Positions 8,957 through 17,658 of a DNA stretch of 20,000 nucleotides are shown in pieces. A program made the position numbers and the translations under genes. Under the pieces are notes generated by a model, which saw only the letters and a list, made by a program, of their open reading frames with translations, had not been told where the DNA came from and did no database searches. Each line of letters starts with the position of its first letter. Position 1 is the first letter of the stretch. The DNA is from Trichomonas gallinae (taxonomy: Eukaryota). Location: positions 49,977 to 69,976 of the forward strand of contig MRSU01006018.1 of assembly GCA_008369845.1 (NCBI GenBank), written 5' to 3'.

Positions 8957-10085
8957 ATGATATACTGAATCTACACAGCTTGAAACTCCTGAACATTTAG
9001 CCAAACTTTTAATAAAAAATATTGAAGAACTGCAAAAATTACGAAATTCAAAAAAGATGTGCAACGAAATCTATGCCATGCTCAACAACATTGCAATAGA
9101 AAACGATTTTAATGCTATGAATTTTGCTGTGAAAGAGAAATTCTGCGGTGTTCAAAGTAAATCTGGTGAGACTATCTTTGATCGTTCATGTTATGAATGT
9201 AACTTCCATCTTGCTCATCTTATAATAGAATTTGGTAGTTATCTTATAACCATATCATTCCCAAAGATTCCGATTTGATCAGATTTGTTCTCAACACTCA
9301 AAACAGTTTGATGTAAATGAAACTTTGATTAAGGCTACGAGATACAATCGTTATGAAATTGTCAAATTCCTTCTCACAGTCCCTGGAATTGATGTTAACT
9401 TTAAAGACAATCACAAATATACAGCTCTGATTATAGCTTCAAAAAATGGTTATAATGAGATAATTAAACTTCCTCTCACAGTTCCTGGAATGGATGTCAA
9501 TCCAAAAGACCAGAACAACAGAACAGTTTTGATTTATGCTTCAAATAAATGCCATCATGATGTTATCAATCTCTTTCTTTAAGTTCCTGGAAAAGATGTC
9601 AACACATTAGACAATAAAAAAGAAACAGTCCTGTTTAAGACTTTAACAGTTAATCGTGTTGAAATTGTTAAAGTCCTTCTCACAGTTCCTGGAATAGATG
9701 TCAACGCAAAAGACAATGGCAACAGAACAGCTTTGATTTCAGCTTCAGAAAGAGGCAATCATGAAGTGGTCAAACTTCTTCTCGCATTTCATGGGATAGA
9801 TTTCAATGCAAAACGACAGTGGCAACAAAACGGCTTTGTATTATGCTTCTGAAAATGGCCATCATGAAGTTGTCAAACTCCTTCTTTCAGTTCCTGGAAT
9901 AGATGTCGATGCAAAAGACAATGGCAGCAATACAGCTTTGATTTTAGCTTCTGAAAAAGGCTATCATGAAGTTGTTAAACTACTTCTTGAATTTCCTGGA
10001 ATCTATATCAATTATAAAAATTTCATATGAACTTACAGATCTGTTTTGGGGTTTATGATATTCCTTTTCACAGTTCCTGGAATAT
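8957..10085 (+). pseudogene. Ankyrin-repeat protein pseudogene (about 8 repeats of 34 aa)
   Basis: TAL..AS..G..EVVKLLL.VPGIDVN.KD repeats recur every 102 bp (VPG-equivalent codons at 9379, 9481, 9583, 9685, 9787, 9890, 9992, degenerate at 10073). Lesions are stops and a frame change at 9276-9325, an in-frame TAA at 9580-9582, a +1 insertion near 9814 and a shortened last repeat. The 5' boundary is approximate. Confidence 0.85.
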
Positions 10086-10538
10086 TTAAACAATCAAAAT
10101 CGAAATACATTCCATAATTAGGATCGATATTACAATATTCTAATATGATTTTTAATACATTCGGCATGTCATTAGTTTCACAATGCATAACTGCTAATCA
10201 TTAATTATTATGATAAAGTTTGTAATAGTAAAACAAGCTTGAAACCACAGAGTTTTAATCACCAGTCCAAGAAGCGTTTCCTCTGGAAAGCAGATTAATT
10301 AACACCGCAATAATTTCACTTTTCACTAGCATATCCATGATCAAAAACATCTAAAGAAGGTGATTTTATTCATAAAATCGAGTTGTTTAAATTTTTGACA
10401 AAAAATCATATATATTGTCAATTAATTTCAACTAAATACTAATAAAGTTAGGAATATTCTAGGAAGTCTGGAATATTGTATTTTAATGCGACTAATATAT
10501 CCGATATTTTACTATTTTATACAAAAAAGAAAGCTAAT

Positions 10539-11471
10539 TTACAAATCATAACCAAGATTGCCGACAATTGTAATGACTTTGGAGAATACACTGAAGTACC
10601 AACCAAGGAAGATCAAGATAAGGCCAATACCTTCTAAAATAAATTTGATTGTGGAATTTTCTGTTGGGAAAATGAAATAAGAAGCAACAATGATTATTAA
10701 TGACTTGAATGCTCCCAATAATTCATAGTTGTATGATGCAGTCTCACCAATAATCGTATATTCTGATAATTGTGTCCAAATATTGGTAATGCATGTTAAT
10801 AAGATGACTATTATATCGATCATGTTGATCCTATGTGCATAAAATCCGTCAATTGGGTCTGTTTCGAACAAAATCGAAACAAATATTGAATACATGAACT
10901 GGAAAGGCAGGCATGAAATTGAAAGTTGTGTACCTGTAACACCATAATCAGTGATTGTCTGGGAAACGTAAACATGCGAAATTGAAGTCAAGAAGGATGT
11001 TATTGTTAATTTCAACATTTTAACGATTCCGAAATCTAAGTCAGTGTAGAATGCAATGAACGTTCCAACAACAAACAAGCTTAAATGCATAATCGAAAGC
11101 TGTCCAATTCTTTTAATTTTGGATGTAATCGTGATGATGATTAATGTTGTTATTGAAAAAGCCTTGGTAAGCTGAAGCATGCCGATTGATGACTCCATGA
11201 GAACAGAATACTGAAGAAATCCTTGGCCGAATAATAAAAGAGCGACAATGAGTCGGCGCTGAATTGGAATTTTCGTATTTCTTGAAAAGTTACCTTCATA
11301 TGCGAGAAATTCTAGAATCAGCCAACCTGTTAAGTATTGTGCTGATAATAAGGAAGCCGAGCACTTGCAATTAATCAGATTGGCCAGGTATCTGCTTACT
11401 AAAATATATATGACAGATGAGAGCACATTGACGATCGAGAAAAATCGAACAATGAATGCTTTATTCGCCAT
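10539..11471 (-). CDS. Nucleotide-sugar transporter / triose-phosphate translocator family (DMT superfamily) membrane protein (310 aa)
   Basis: About 9-10 hydrophobic segments. Motifs SSIGMLQLTKAF and IIGETASYNYELLGAFKSLIIIVASYFIF resemble SLC35/TPT 'S.G.YQ..K' and 'IG.TS..TY..LG..K'. First ATG is at 11471. The stop lies in a TAAA context. Confidence 0.8.
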   Translation of the reverse strand: MANKAFIVRFFSIVNVLSSVIYILVSRYLANLINCKCSASLLSAQYLTGWLILEFLAYEGNFSRNTKIPIQRRLIVALLLFGQGFLQYSVLMESSIGMLQLTKAFSITTLIIITITSKIKRIGQLSIMHLSLFVVGTFIAFYTDLDFGIVKMLKLTITSFLTSISHVYVSQTITDYGVTGTQLSISCLPFQFMYSIFVSILFETDPIDGFYAHRINMIDIIVILLTCITNIWTQLSEYTIIGETASYNYELLGAFKSLIIIVASYFIFPTENSTIKFILEGIGLILIFLGWYFSVFSKVITIVGNLGYDL

Positions 11472-11507
11472 GTTGTAAGATGTCAAAAATCGATTTCATT
11501 TCTTAAA

Positions 11508-11640
11508 TTTACATGGCATTTTATTAATTTTCGGAAATTTACGTGTCATTTTGACAATTTTTTGAATCTTACATGTCATTTTGATGATTTCATATGTTTA
11601 CGTGTCATTTTGATGATTTTTGGAAATTTACATGTCAAAT
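11508..11640 (+). repeat. Tandem array of 30-bp units, each starting YTTACRTGKCA, filling a divergent promoter
   Basis: Units start at 11508, 11538, 11568, 11597 and 11627. The approximate consensus is TTTACRTGTCATTTTGAYRATTTTTGGAAA. Confidence 0.9.
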
Positions 11641-11646
11641 TTTATT

Positions 11647-12216
11647 ATGTTTTTTTGGATTTCTGTGAAAACAGCAAATTCGTATGAATCAGAGGATGAT
11701 TTGCGGCTCAAATGCACACTCTGCCAGAAAATTACCGAATACCATCAAAATGAAACAAAACAGATTGAACCATTAGAAAATTCTTATTGCAAGAAAGATC
11801 CAAGCAATAAATGGTGTCGTTTTGTTGTAGAAACATCAAAACAATATATTAATTACTCTATTTATCATCCTAAGACAAATTATTGTGTCGCTGCTTCATT
11901 ATGCGCCAAAGAATTAAGCCCAGATTTATCGGGATCAAGATGTGAAACATGTGTGTTCTTGGCTACATATCTTTCACATGTACCAACCGATTTACGCAAT
12001 GAAGCTTTTAGTTCATTTTGTTTAACAAGCCGCCCATATGGCATGTTCTTATGTGGAGACATAGAAGATGATGGTTTAGACTACTTTTTGCGCGATATGG
12101 ATAAATATAAATTACCAGAACATATCTGCGTGAAACAGCATTTCTGCAAGAAGAAAAAGCAGCCTAAAGCTACACCAAAACCAACACCAACCACTCAACC
12201 AAAAGAAGAGCTATAA
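11647..12216 (+). CDS. Saposin-like protein (two SapB domains), short signal peptide, C-terminal KEEL
   Basis: Two six-Cys blocks with saposin spacing: CTLC...C(KKDPSNKW)C...C(VAASL)C and CETC...C(LTSRPYGMFL)C...C(VKQHF)C. It has a hydrophobic N-terminus MFFWISV and a K/P/T-rich tail ending KEEL. An alternative start is ATG 11632. Confidence 0.75.
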   Translation: MFFWISVKTANSYESEDDLRLKCTLCQKITEYHQNETKQIEPLENSYCKKDPSNKWCRFVVETSKQYINYSIYHPKTNYCVAASLCAKELSPDLSGSRCETCVFLATYLSHVPTDLRNEAFSSFCLTSRPYGMFLCGDIEDDGLDYFLRDMDKYKLPEHICVKQHFCKKKKQPKATPKPTPTTQPKEEL

Positions 12217-12335
12217 TTTTCCGACGATCTTATAAATTTGTTGTTAAAAATATGAAATACACGATTGTTATACTAAGCATGTTTTGTTTTTATGCTCAAA
12301 TTAAGTAAACAATTTTTAAAGTAATTTCGACGTAA

Positions 12336-12343
12336 AAAGTGAC
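12336..12343 (+). promoter_or_regulatory. AAAGTGAC element just upstream of the Rbx ATG
   Basis: AAAGTGAC ends 5 nt before ATG 12349. The same word occurs on + at 784-791, 14307-14314 and 14329-14336 near other start codons. It recalls a described T. vaginalis upstream motif and is the reverse complement of GTCACTTT (Inr-like). Confidence 0.4.
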
Positions 12344-12348
12344 ACATA

Positions 12349-12633
12349 ATGACGTCTTCCCAATCTCCACAGTTTGTAATTACAAAATGGAATGGCGTTG
12401 CCCTTTGGTCATGGGAAATGGAGCAAGACACATGCGCTATTTGCAAATCATCACTTGTCGATAAATGCGTTCAATGTCAAGCTAATGAAGCAGATGATAG
12501 CGTTCCTTGCCCACCAGAGTTCGGTATATGCGGACATGGTTTCCATAAGCACTGCATTGACAAATGGGTTAAAACAAATCCAACATGTCCATTGTGCAAT
12601 GCAACATGGAACGCTACACCAACTAATCATTAA
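12349..12633 (+). CDS. RING-box protein (Rbx1/Rbx2/Apc11 family RING-H2), cullin-RING ligase subunit (94 aa)
   Basis: FVITKWNGVALWSW...DTCAICK...CVQCQA...C...GICGHGFHKHCIDKW.KT...CPLCNATW is the canonical Rbx pattern. Confidence 0.92.
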   Translation: MTSSQSPQFVITKWNGVALWSWEMEQDTCAICKSSLVDKCVQCQANEADDSVPCPPEFGICGHGFHKHCIDKWVKTNPTCPLCNATWNATPTNH

Positions 12634-12960
12634 GATCGTTATGTAAATAAAATTATCTACCAAAGAATTCCCAAATTTTCTACGTTATATAAATATTTTC
12701 TTATATCAATCTCGCGTTATACGAACATAAAATAAGGAATCAGTAGAATTAAAAGCTAGAAAACAATTTTCTCCTACTAATTCTACAATGATTCTTGTTT
12801 TTCAGAATCAAAAATATTTTTTTTCTCATTTCGAATCAACGAATAAGTATTTTAACATGCTTATTTCTTCTTTAATAATATTTTGAGTTAATATTTTATA
12901 TTATATATATAAAATCTCGCAATACAAAATAAACTTTAGATAAATAAAACAACAAATATA

Positions 12961-14289
12961 TTAATTATCTGGCTGTATAATTTTCAAAATCTCTTCTGCC
13001 ATCGTCGCAATATTTTCGTGCTCTGAATCAGCAAGCTCTTCAATCTGGTCTGGAATTTCCATATTAACCTCGTTTATTATCATTGTATAAATGATAAAGA
13101 GTGCTGACTCAACAACACCATGGTTTTCATCATCGAGCATAGAAACTGTTACATCGAATAATGCTTCTGATGGAAGTAGATCAGGAATCCATGGTCCTCT
13201 CATTAATGATTCGAGTATCTGGACTGCATATGATTTAATAACAAAACAAGCATTGTTGAAATCGATCTTCTCGTAGATCTTCTCTTGCAATAAGCGGATT
13301 CTTGCATAATTTGAATGGCGAGATAATGCTAAATAGCATCTAAGAGCTGATACACATTCAATTTCATGCTTTTCAGATACTGACAATACGAATCCTTTCA
13401 TCCTTCCAACCAAATCAAAATGATCAAAAACTTTTTCATCGATAACAGAATAATCAAGCGACGAAAATAGGTCACATATAGCTACACACACAGCTGGACT
13501 GCTTATTGGGTCGAGTCTCATTGTGAAATTTTGGAGAAGACCCGTTTCAAGGACATTTGCAGCAACTACTGGCACCTTTATGAAGGTAGCGCGAATAGAT
13601 TCGATGTATGCTAGCTGGTCGTACCAATTATTAGTAGTTAATCGCTTAATGCACCAATTCATAAAATGGAAAAGTTTTTGTTCAGGAATTTCGTTATGCG
13701 AAACAATTTCTGTAAGTGCTTTCATAGGAACAGAGAAATCGAATTGTGTATCAATTGAACGCTCATATAGAGACAAATATAGAGAATCGAAAATAATTTC
13801 AGCAGGACTTGGGTTAAACTGAGCAATTTTACTGGCAAGGAGCATCATTGTCTTACATGTGCAGTAAAATAACTTTCTATTTGGGCGTCTCTGAATTATA
13901 TCCAAGTTTGCTGCAATTATATCTTGAATAACCTCCATCTCAAGTGAATCAAGGTGATCTCTTACTATAAATTCAATACATTGTAAAATGCATAAGTCTT
14001 TTTGCTGGTTCTCTCCAGTATTTCTGATTCCTTGTTCAATTATCTGAATTCTGCAGATTTGTGGCATCAAGCGAAGGCTCCCTTCCAATTCGATACTTTT
14101 AAAAAGCGCATTCCACATCTTTGGCTCATTGCTTTCGAACACAGTTTGTACAAATTCTTGTATCCTTACGATTTCTTCTGGAATCGGCTGAAAAACATCA
14201 GTAATAGAAGCTATACTTGATTTAGGAAGCCTCTCGGACATCATAAGAGTCTCATTCGGTGTATATCCGAGATTATCCTTGTAATACAT
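12961..14289 (-). CDS. Uncharacterised alpha-solenoid (ARM/HEAT-like) protein (442 aa)
   Basis: A long open frame with amphipathic helical repeats (e.g. VSMLDDENHGVVESALFII, IEELADSEHENIATMAEEIL, typical of ARM/importin-like C-termini). First ATG is at 14289, with Inr-like TCACTT upstream. Confidence 0.7.
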   Translation of the reverse strand: MYYKDNLGYTPNETLMMSERLPKSSIASITDVFQPIPEEIVRIQEFVQTVFESNEPKMWNALFKSIELEGSLRLMPQICRIQIIEQGIRNTGENQQKDLCILQCIEFIVRDHLDSLEMEVIQDIIAANLDIIQRRPNRKLFYCTCKTMMLLASKIAQFNPSPAEIIFDSLYLSLYERSIDTQFDFSVPMKALTEIVSHNEIPEQKLFHFMNWCIKRLTTNNWYDQLAYIESIRATFIKVPVVAANVLETGLLQNFTMRLDPISSPAVCVAICDLFSSLDYSVIDEKVFDHFDLVGRMKGFVLSVSEKHEIECVSALRCYLALSRHSNYARIRLLQEKIYEKIDFNNACFVIKSYAVQILESLMRGPWIPDLLPSEALFDVTVSMLDDENHGVVESALFIIYTMIINEVNMEIPDQIEELADSEHENIATMAEEILKIIQPDN

Positions 14290-14290
14290 C

Positions 14291-14336
14291 AAAATCTAAG
14301 TAGTAAAAAGTGACAAAATCTAAGTAAAAAAGTGAC
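14291..14336 (-). promoter_or_regulatory. Tandemly duplicated Inr-containing core promoter module
   Basis: On +, aaaatctaagtagtaaaaagtgac (14291-14314) is followed by aaaatctaagtaaaaaagtgac (14315-14336). Each copy gives gTCACTTTT on the gene's strand. Confidence 0.6.
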
Positions 14337-15309
14337 AACAAGATTTTAGATTTTTTTATTTTTTGTTCGTCATTGACTAGTTTTGGCTGTTCAAAAGCCC
14401 GATTACTGTGCAATGTAGCAGTTATCTATCATTTATCCTTTTTTTTGGAGTTCTGCCTTGAATTAATTACTCTTATATAGGGCAGCGTACATTGGGAATA
14501 AGCTTTGTATGGGCTGTATATGGTGTTTCATATGGAGATTACGAATAAATTCGATTTTCATTTTATTCGTAAAAATTTTGGGATTCTGATTAAAATAATC
14601 ATGAAAAACAATAGATATTGATCATGTTAGTTGGATTAAATGAAAGTTAATCCATGATGGGTAAAATTTTGAATTTTTGAAAAAATTTAATGCATTTACG
14701 CTAATCATCACATGATTTTCCATATACCTTTATGTATTTTGAGCTAATGGTTTTGTGCAAATTGAAATCACACAAAGTTATCAATGATTTTGAAATTTTA
14801 ATCGATATTTTCTGAGTTAGCAGCTATCTATTGATGTAATATTTGTCATATGTAATAATAGTATTGCATTACACATTATAAAAATATTCCTAAAATTCTT
14901 TTAAAAATTGTTAGCACATTCATCATATTTCAAACTTTGAATCAGGAGAAATATGAATAATTTGACCACACATGCCTGTGCCGATAATCAATACATTTAT
15001 CTGAAAAAGATTCATTATTCACTAATAATCATGCATATATCATTAACCTCGACTTGATTTATATTTATATTCACACATGGCTTCTATCATGAGTTTTTAT
15101 GTTTAAATATCACATGATATGAGCTGCATTTCTTGTCATCAAGACATATAAATGTATAAGACATATCATGTCTATGTATTCTATAGAATGTATATGAATG
15201 CTTTTTCTCAAATGTATCTATAGCATTTTTTGAGAGTTGGATTCACTGTGTAGCTTACTAAAATAATATGATTTTTATAATTAAAAATACAAACAAAAAA
15301 ATAACATTT

Positions 15310-17658
15310 CTAAAGAAGTGAAGGAAACTCTTCGATGAGCTGGTCATTAATGAATGGCATGTCTATTGTTTTAATAGCAATTTCTCCACATAGTGGACAA
15401 TCTTGCAACAAAATATCGTCGATTTTCTCTCTCTCTTCGTCAGTCGGAAACATAGAGAACTGCTCCAACTGGAATAGTTCCTCATTTGTCAACAATGGCT
15501 TGATCTTTCTCTTTAAGCACTCCTCGTGGAATCCATGCCCACACTCAAAGTAAATTCCATCATTTCTCAAAGGCTTGAAACAAACTGAACAAGAATCCGG
15601 TGCATTTCTTTCTTCATGATGTTTTAATAACTGCTGCTGCATCAGTTCGCCGTTCTGCCTTATGTGTCCTTTGAGGTCGTTCATGGATTTCACTAGATCT
15701 TCGATTTGCTTGTGAACATCTGATCGAGATTTGATGAATGTTGTTTGTGAAGTGATGATGTGTGGAATTAATGGTGAAATATCAATCGAATCGAGCGCTG
15801 CGACTGATTTCTGCATGTTTGCAGATTCAAAAACATTTCTCAAAACTCCAATATTTTTGAAAACTGGCTTAAAATCTTTCAGCATCTGACTAAATATGTC
15901 ATCATACTTTTTCTCGTTTTTCTTCACTAATATTGTCATCAAAACTTGTGCGTGTTCCCAGAATTGCAAATATAATGATTCTTCTAATAGAGGATAAACG
16001 ATATCTTCTGGCACTGTGTTATCCATGAATGGAGCAACGGACATTAGCGTGTCCCATTTATAAGTAATCTTTCTTTCAACGAGCGCATTAAAGAATTGTG
16101 CAGCAATATTTGGATTTTCATCTTCATTTATAGATGGGTTGGCTTGTGGGAAGCTCTTAGCAATATCTTCATCATCATCTTGAGCAAATGCGCGAAGATT
16201 TTTAGCGTAATCAAATTTATCTCCATAGACAAGCAAAACATCATCTGCTGCTTGATCATGCTTGCTAACACCTTTTGCAATGAGCTGTAATTCATTAATC
16301 AAGTAAAAATATATGAGTTTGTGGTCAACATCTGTCACATGATTTGATTTCATTGCATTTTTAATATAAATGCAGGTATTTTTCAGCCATTGTATTGCAT
16401 CCATGTTGTCCTGCATTTTGGAGAAGGCAATAATGGATTTCGCAATGATTTCGGCGTTGTTAATAATTTTATTTGGCGCATTCGCGTTTATAAGCATTTC
16501 CATATCATTCATGGTGTCTAATGTAAAGTCATTTTCGTTAGAATAGTCGTATTTTGCAGCTGTGTGATTGCTAACAATCAAAATTGTATTTATTTCTGAA
16601 TCTGCAAGGAAACTTTTGATTTTAATGTCGGACAGGAAGATCTTCTTTGATAGTCTGCATGTCCTAAGGGAAAACATAAGCATTGCAGTGTTTTTATGCC
16701 TGCAACGAGGTAAATCGTGAGTTATGAACAAAACTACATGTTTTCCTGTTAATAGGAACGGATAACTGGATATTGGATATAATAAGTTGAGTTTTTCTAT
16801 TCCAAGTGACTCTAATATCAACTGTTCACGAATAAAAATTGGAGATGGATTATATCCTGCAATTATGTCGCTGATATTAAAAATATGAATACCAAGAGCG
16901 CTAAGTATACAAACTTTGTCGTCATTCGCTTCAATAAAAGGTAAAATCGAAACATCTTCACTAATCGGCAAATTATGGAAAGATTTGAAGATAAGTTTAT
17001 CGTTACCAGACTTTAACTGCATTTCAGCCATCATCCCGCTTCTTCTGTTTGCTGCAAAAATGAATGTTGTTTTATTTTTAACTACGACAACGATATCTTG
17101 TATTTGATCGTTCTTAAGTTGTTTTTGGTCATTATCGAGGAATGGTGTAAATGTTAAATGCAAATCTGATACTAATTCTTTACCTTGATTGACAAATCTA
17201 TAAACATGAATGAGTGGTGCTGCATTTCCATCAAGAAGCGCGATATATATGTAATTTTCGAATATAAATGGCCTTACTGACCAAAAACTGTAGGCTTTCG
17301 AATCTGATATTTTTATCAGCTCGCACTCGGTGGAAATATAGTACAAATATCCACTCTTGTCAAGACAGAAAAATCGATCTGTTTCTTTTATAGGAAAAAT
17401 AAATTGAATATGGTGATTTAATTCTTTTGAAATCTTGTCTTTCCCATTTGATTTGGTTCGGAGTATATAAGGCGTATATTTTCGCGCTGTTGGATTGTAT
17501 TGTGTATATATTAGAACGTAAACGTCATTTCTGCGATCAGCATGGCAAAATAGGCTTATTTCTAAATCAGTTTCGATAACAGTTGTTATTTTGAGATTGT
17601 GTGACTTACCTCCAAGTAACGAGCGTCTGTGAGCGGTTAGTTGCCCAGGAGAACTCAT
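15310..17658 (-). CDS. Vps18/Pep3-like HOPS/CORVET subunit (782 aa, divergent)
   Basis: A beta-rich N-terminus, helical middle and coiled coil precede a split RING: CSVC...FECGHGFHEECL...IDDILLQDCPLCGEIAIKTIDMPFI. The 'LD....ECP.CG...I..ID.PFI' tail is characteristic of Vps18. Confidence 0.75.
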   Translation of the reverse strand: MSSPGQLTAHRRSLLGGKSHNLKITTVIETDLEISLFCHADRRNDVYVLIYTQYNPTARKYTPYILRTKSNGKDKISKELNHHIQFIFPIKETDRFFCLDKSGYLYYISTECELIKISDSKAYSFWSVRPFIFENYIYIALLDGNAAPLIHVYRFVNQGKELVSDLHLTFTPFLDNDQKQLKNDQIQDIVVVVKNKTTFIFAANRRSGMMAEMQLKSGNDKLIFKSFHNLPISEDVSILPFIEANDDKVCILSALGIHIFNISDIIAGYNPSPIFIREQLILESLGIEKLNLLYPISSYPFLLTGKHVVLFITHDLPRCRHKNTAMLMFSLRTCRLSKKIFLSDIKIKSFLADSEINTILIVSNHTAAKYDYSNENDFTLDTMNDMEMLINANAPNKIINNAEIIAKSIIAFSKMQDNMDAIQWLKNTCIYIKNAMKSNHVTDVDHKLIYFYLINELQLIAKGVSKHDQAADDVLLVYGDKFDYAKNLRAFAQDDDEDIAKSFPQANPSINEDENPNIAAQFFNALVERKITYKWDTLMSVAPFMDNTVPEDIVYPLLEESLYLQFWEHAQVLMTILVKKNEKKYDDIFSQMLKDFKPVFKNIGVLRNVFESANMQKSVAALDSIDISPLIPHIITSQTTFIKSRSDVHKQIEDLVKSMNDLKGHIRQNGELMQQQLLKHHEERNAPDSCSVCFKPLRNDGIYFECGHGFHEECLKRKIKPLLTNEELFQLEQFSMFPTDEEREKIDDILLQDCPLCGEIAIKTIDMPFINDQLIEEFPSLL

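Noticed and set aside
9270..9330. Intron explaining the ankyrin frame break
   Set aside because: No trichomonad-type GTATGT...ACTAACACACAG splice signals are visible.
9580..9582. TAA read-through or alternative genetic code in the ankyrin gene
   Set aside because: Intact neighbouring genes terminate at TAA, TAG and TGA, and the same locus also has frameshifts, so pseudogenisation is the simpler explanation.
11508..11640. CRISPR-like array
   Set aside because: The units are contiguous, mutually similar 30-mers without unique spacers. The context is eukaryotic with no cas genes.
14370..14460. U2, U4 or U1 snRNA identity (TTTTGGCT, TTTTTGGAG, CGATTACTG, ATTGCAC words)
   Set aside because: Essential motifs such as U2 GTAGTA and U1 ACTTACC are absent and the spacing does not fit. 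It is kept only as an unassigned candidate.
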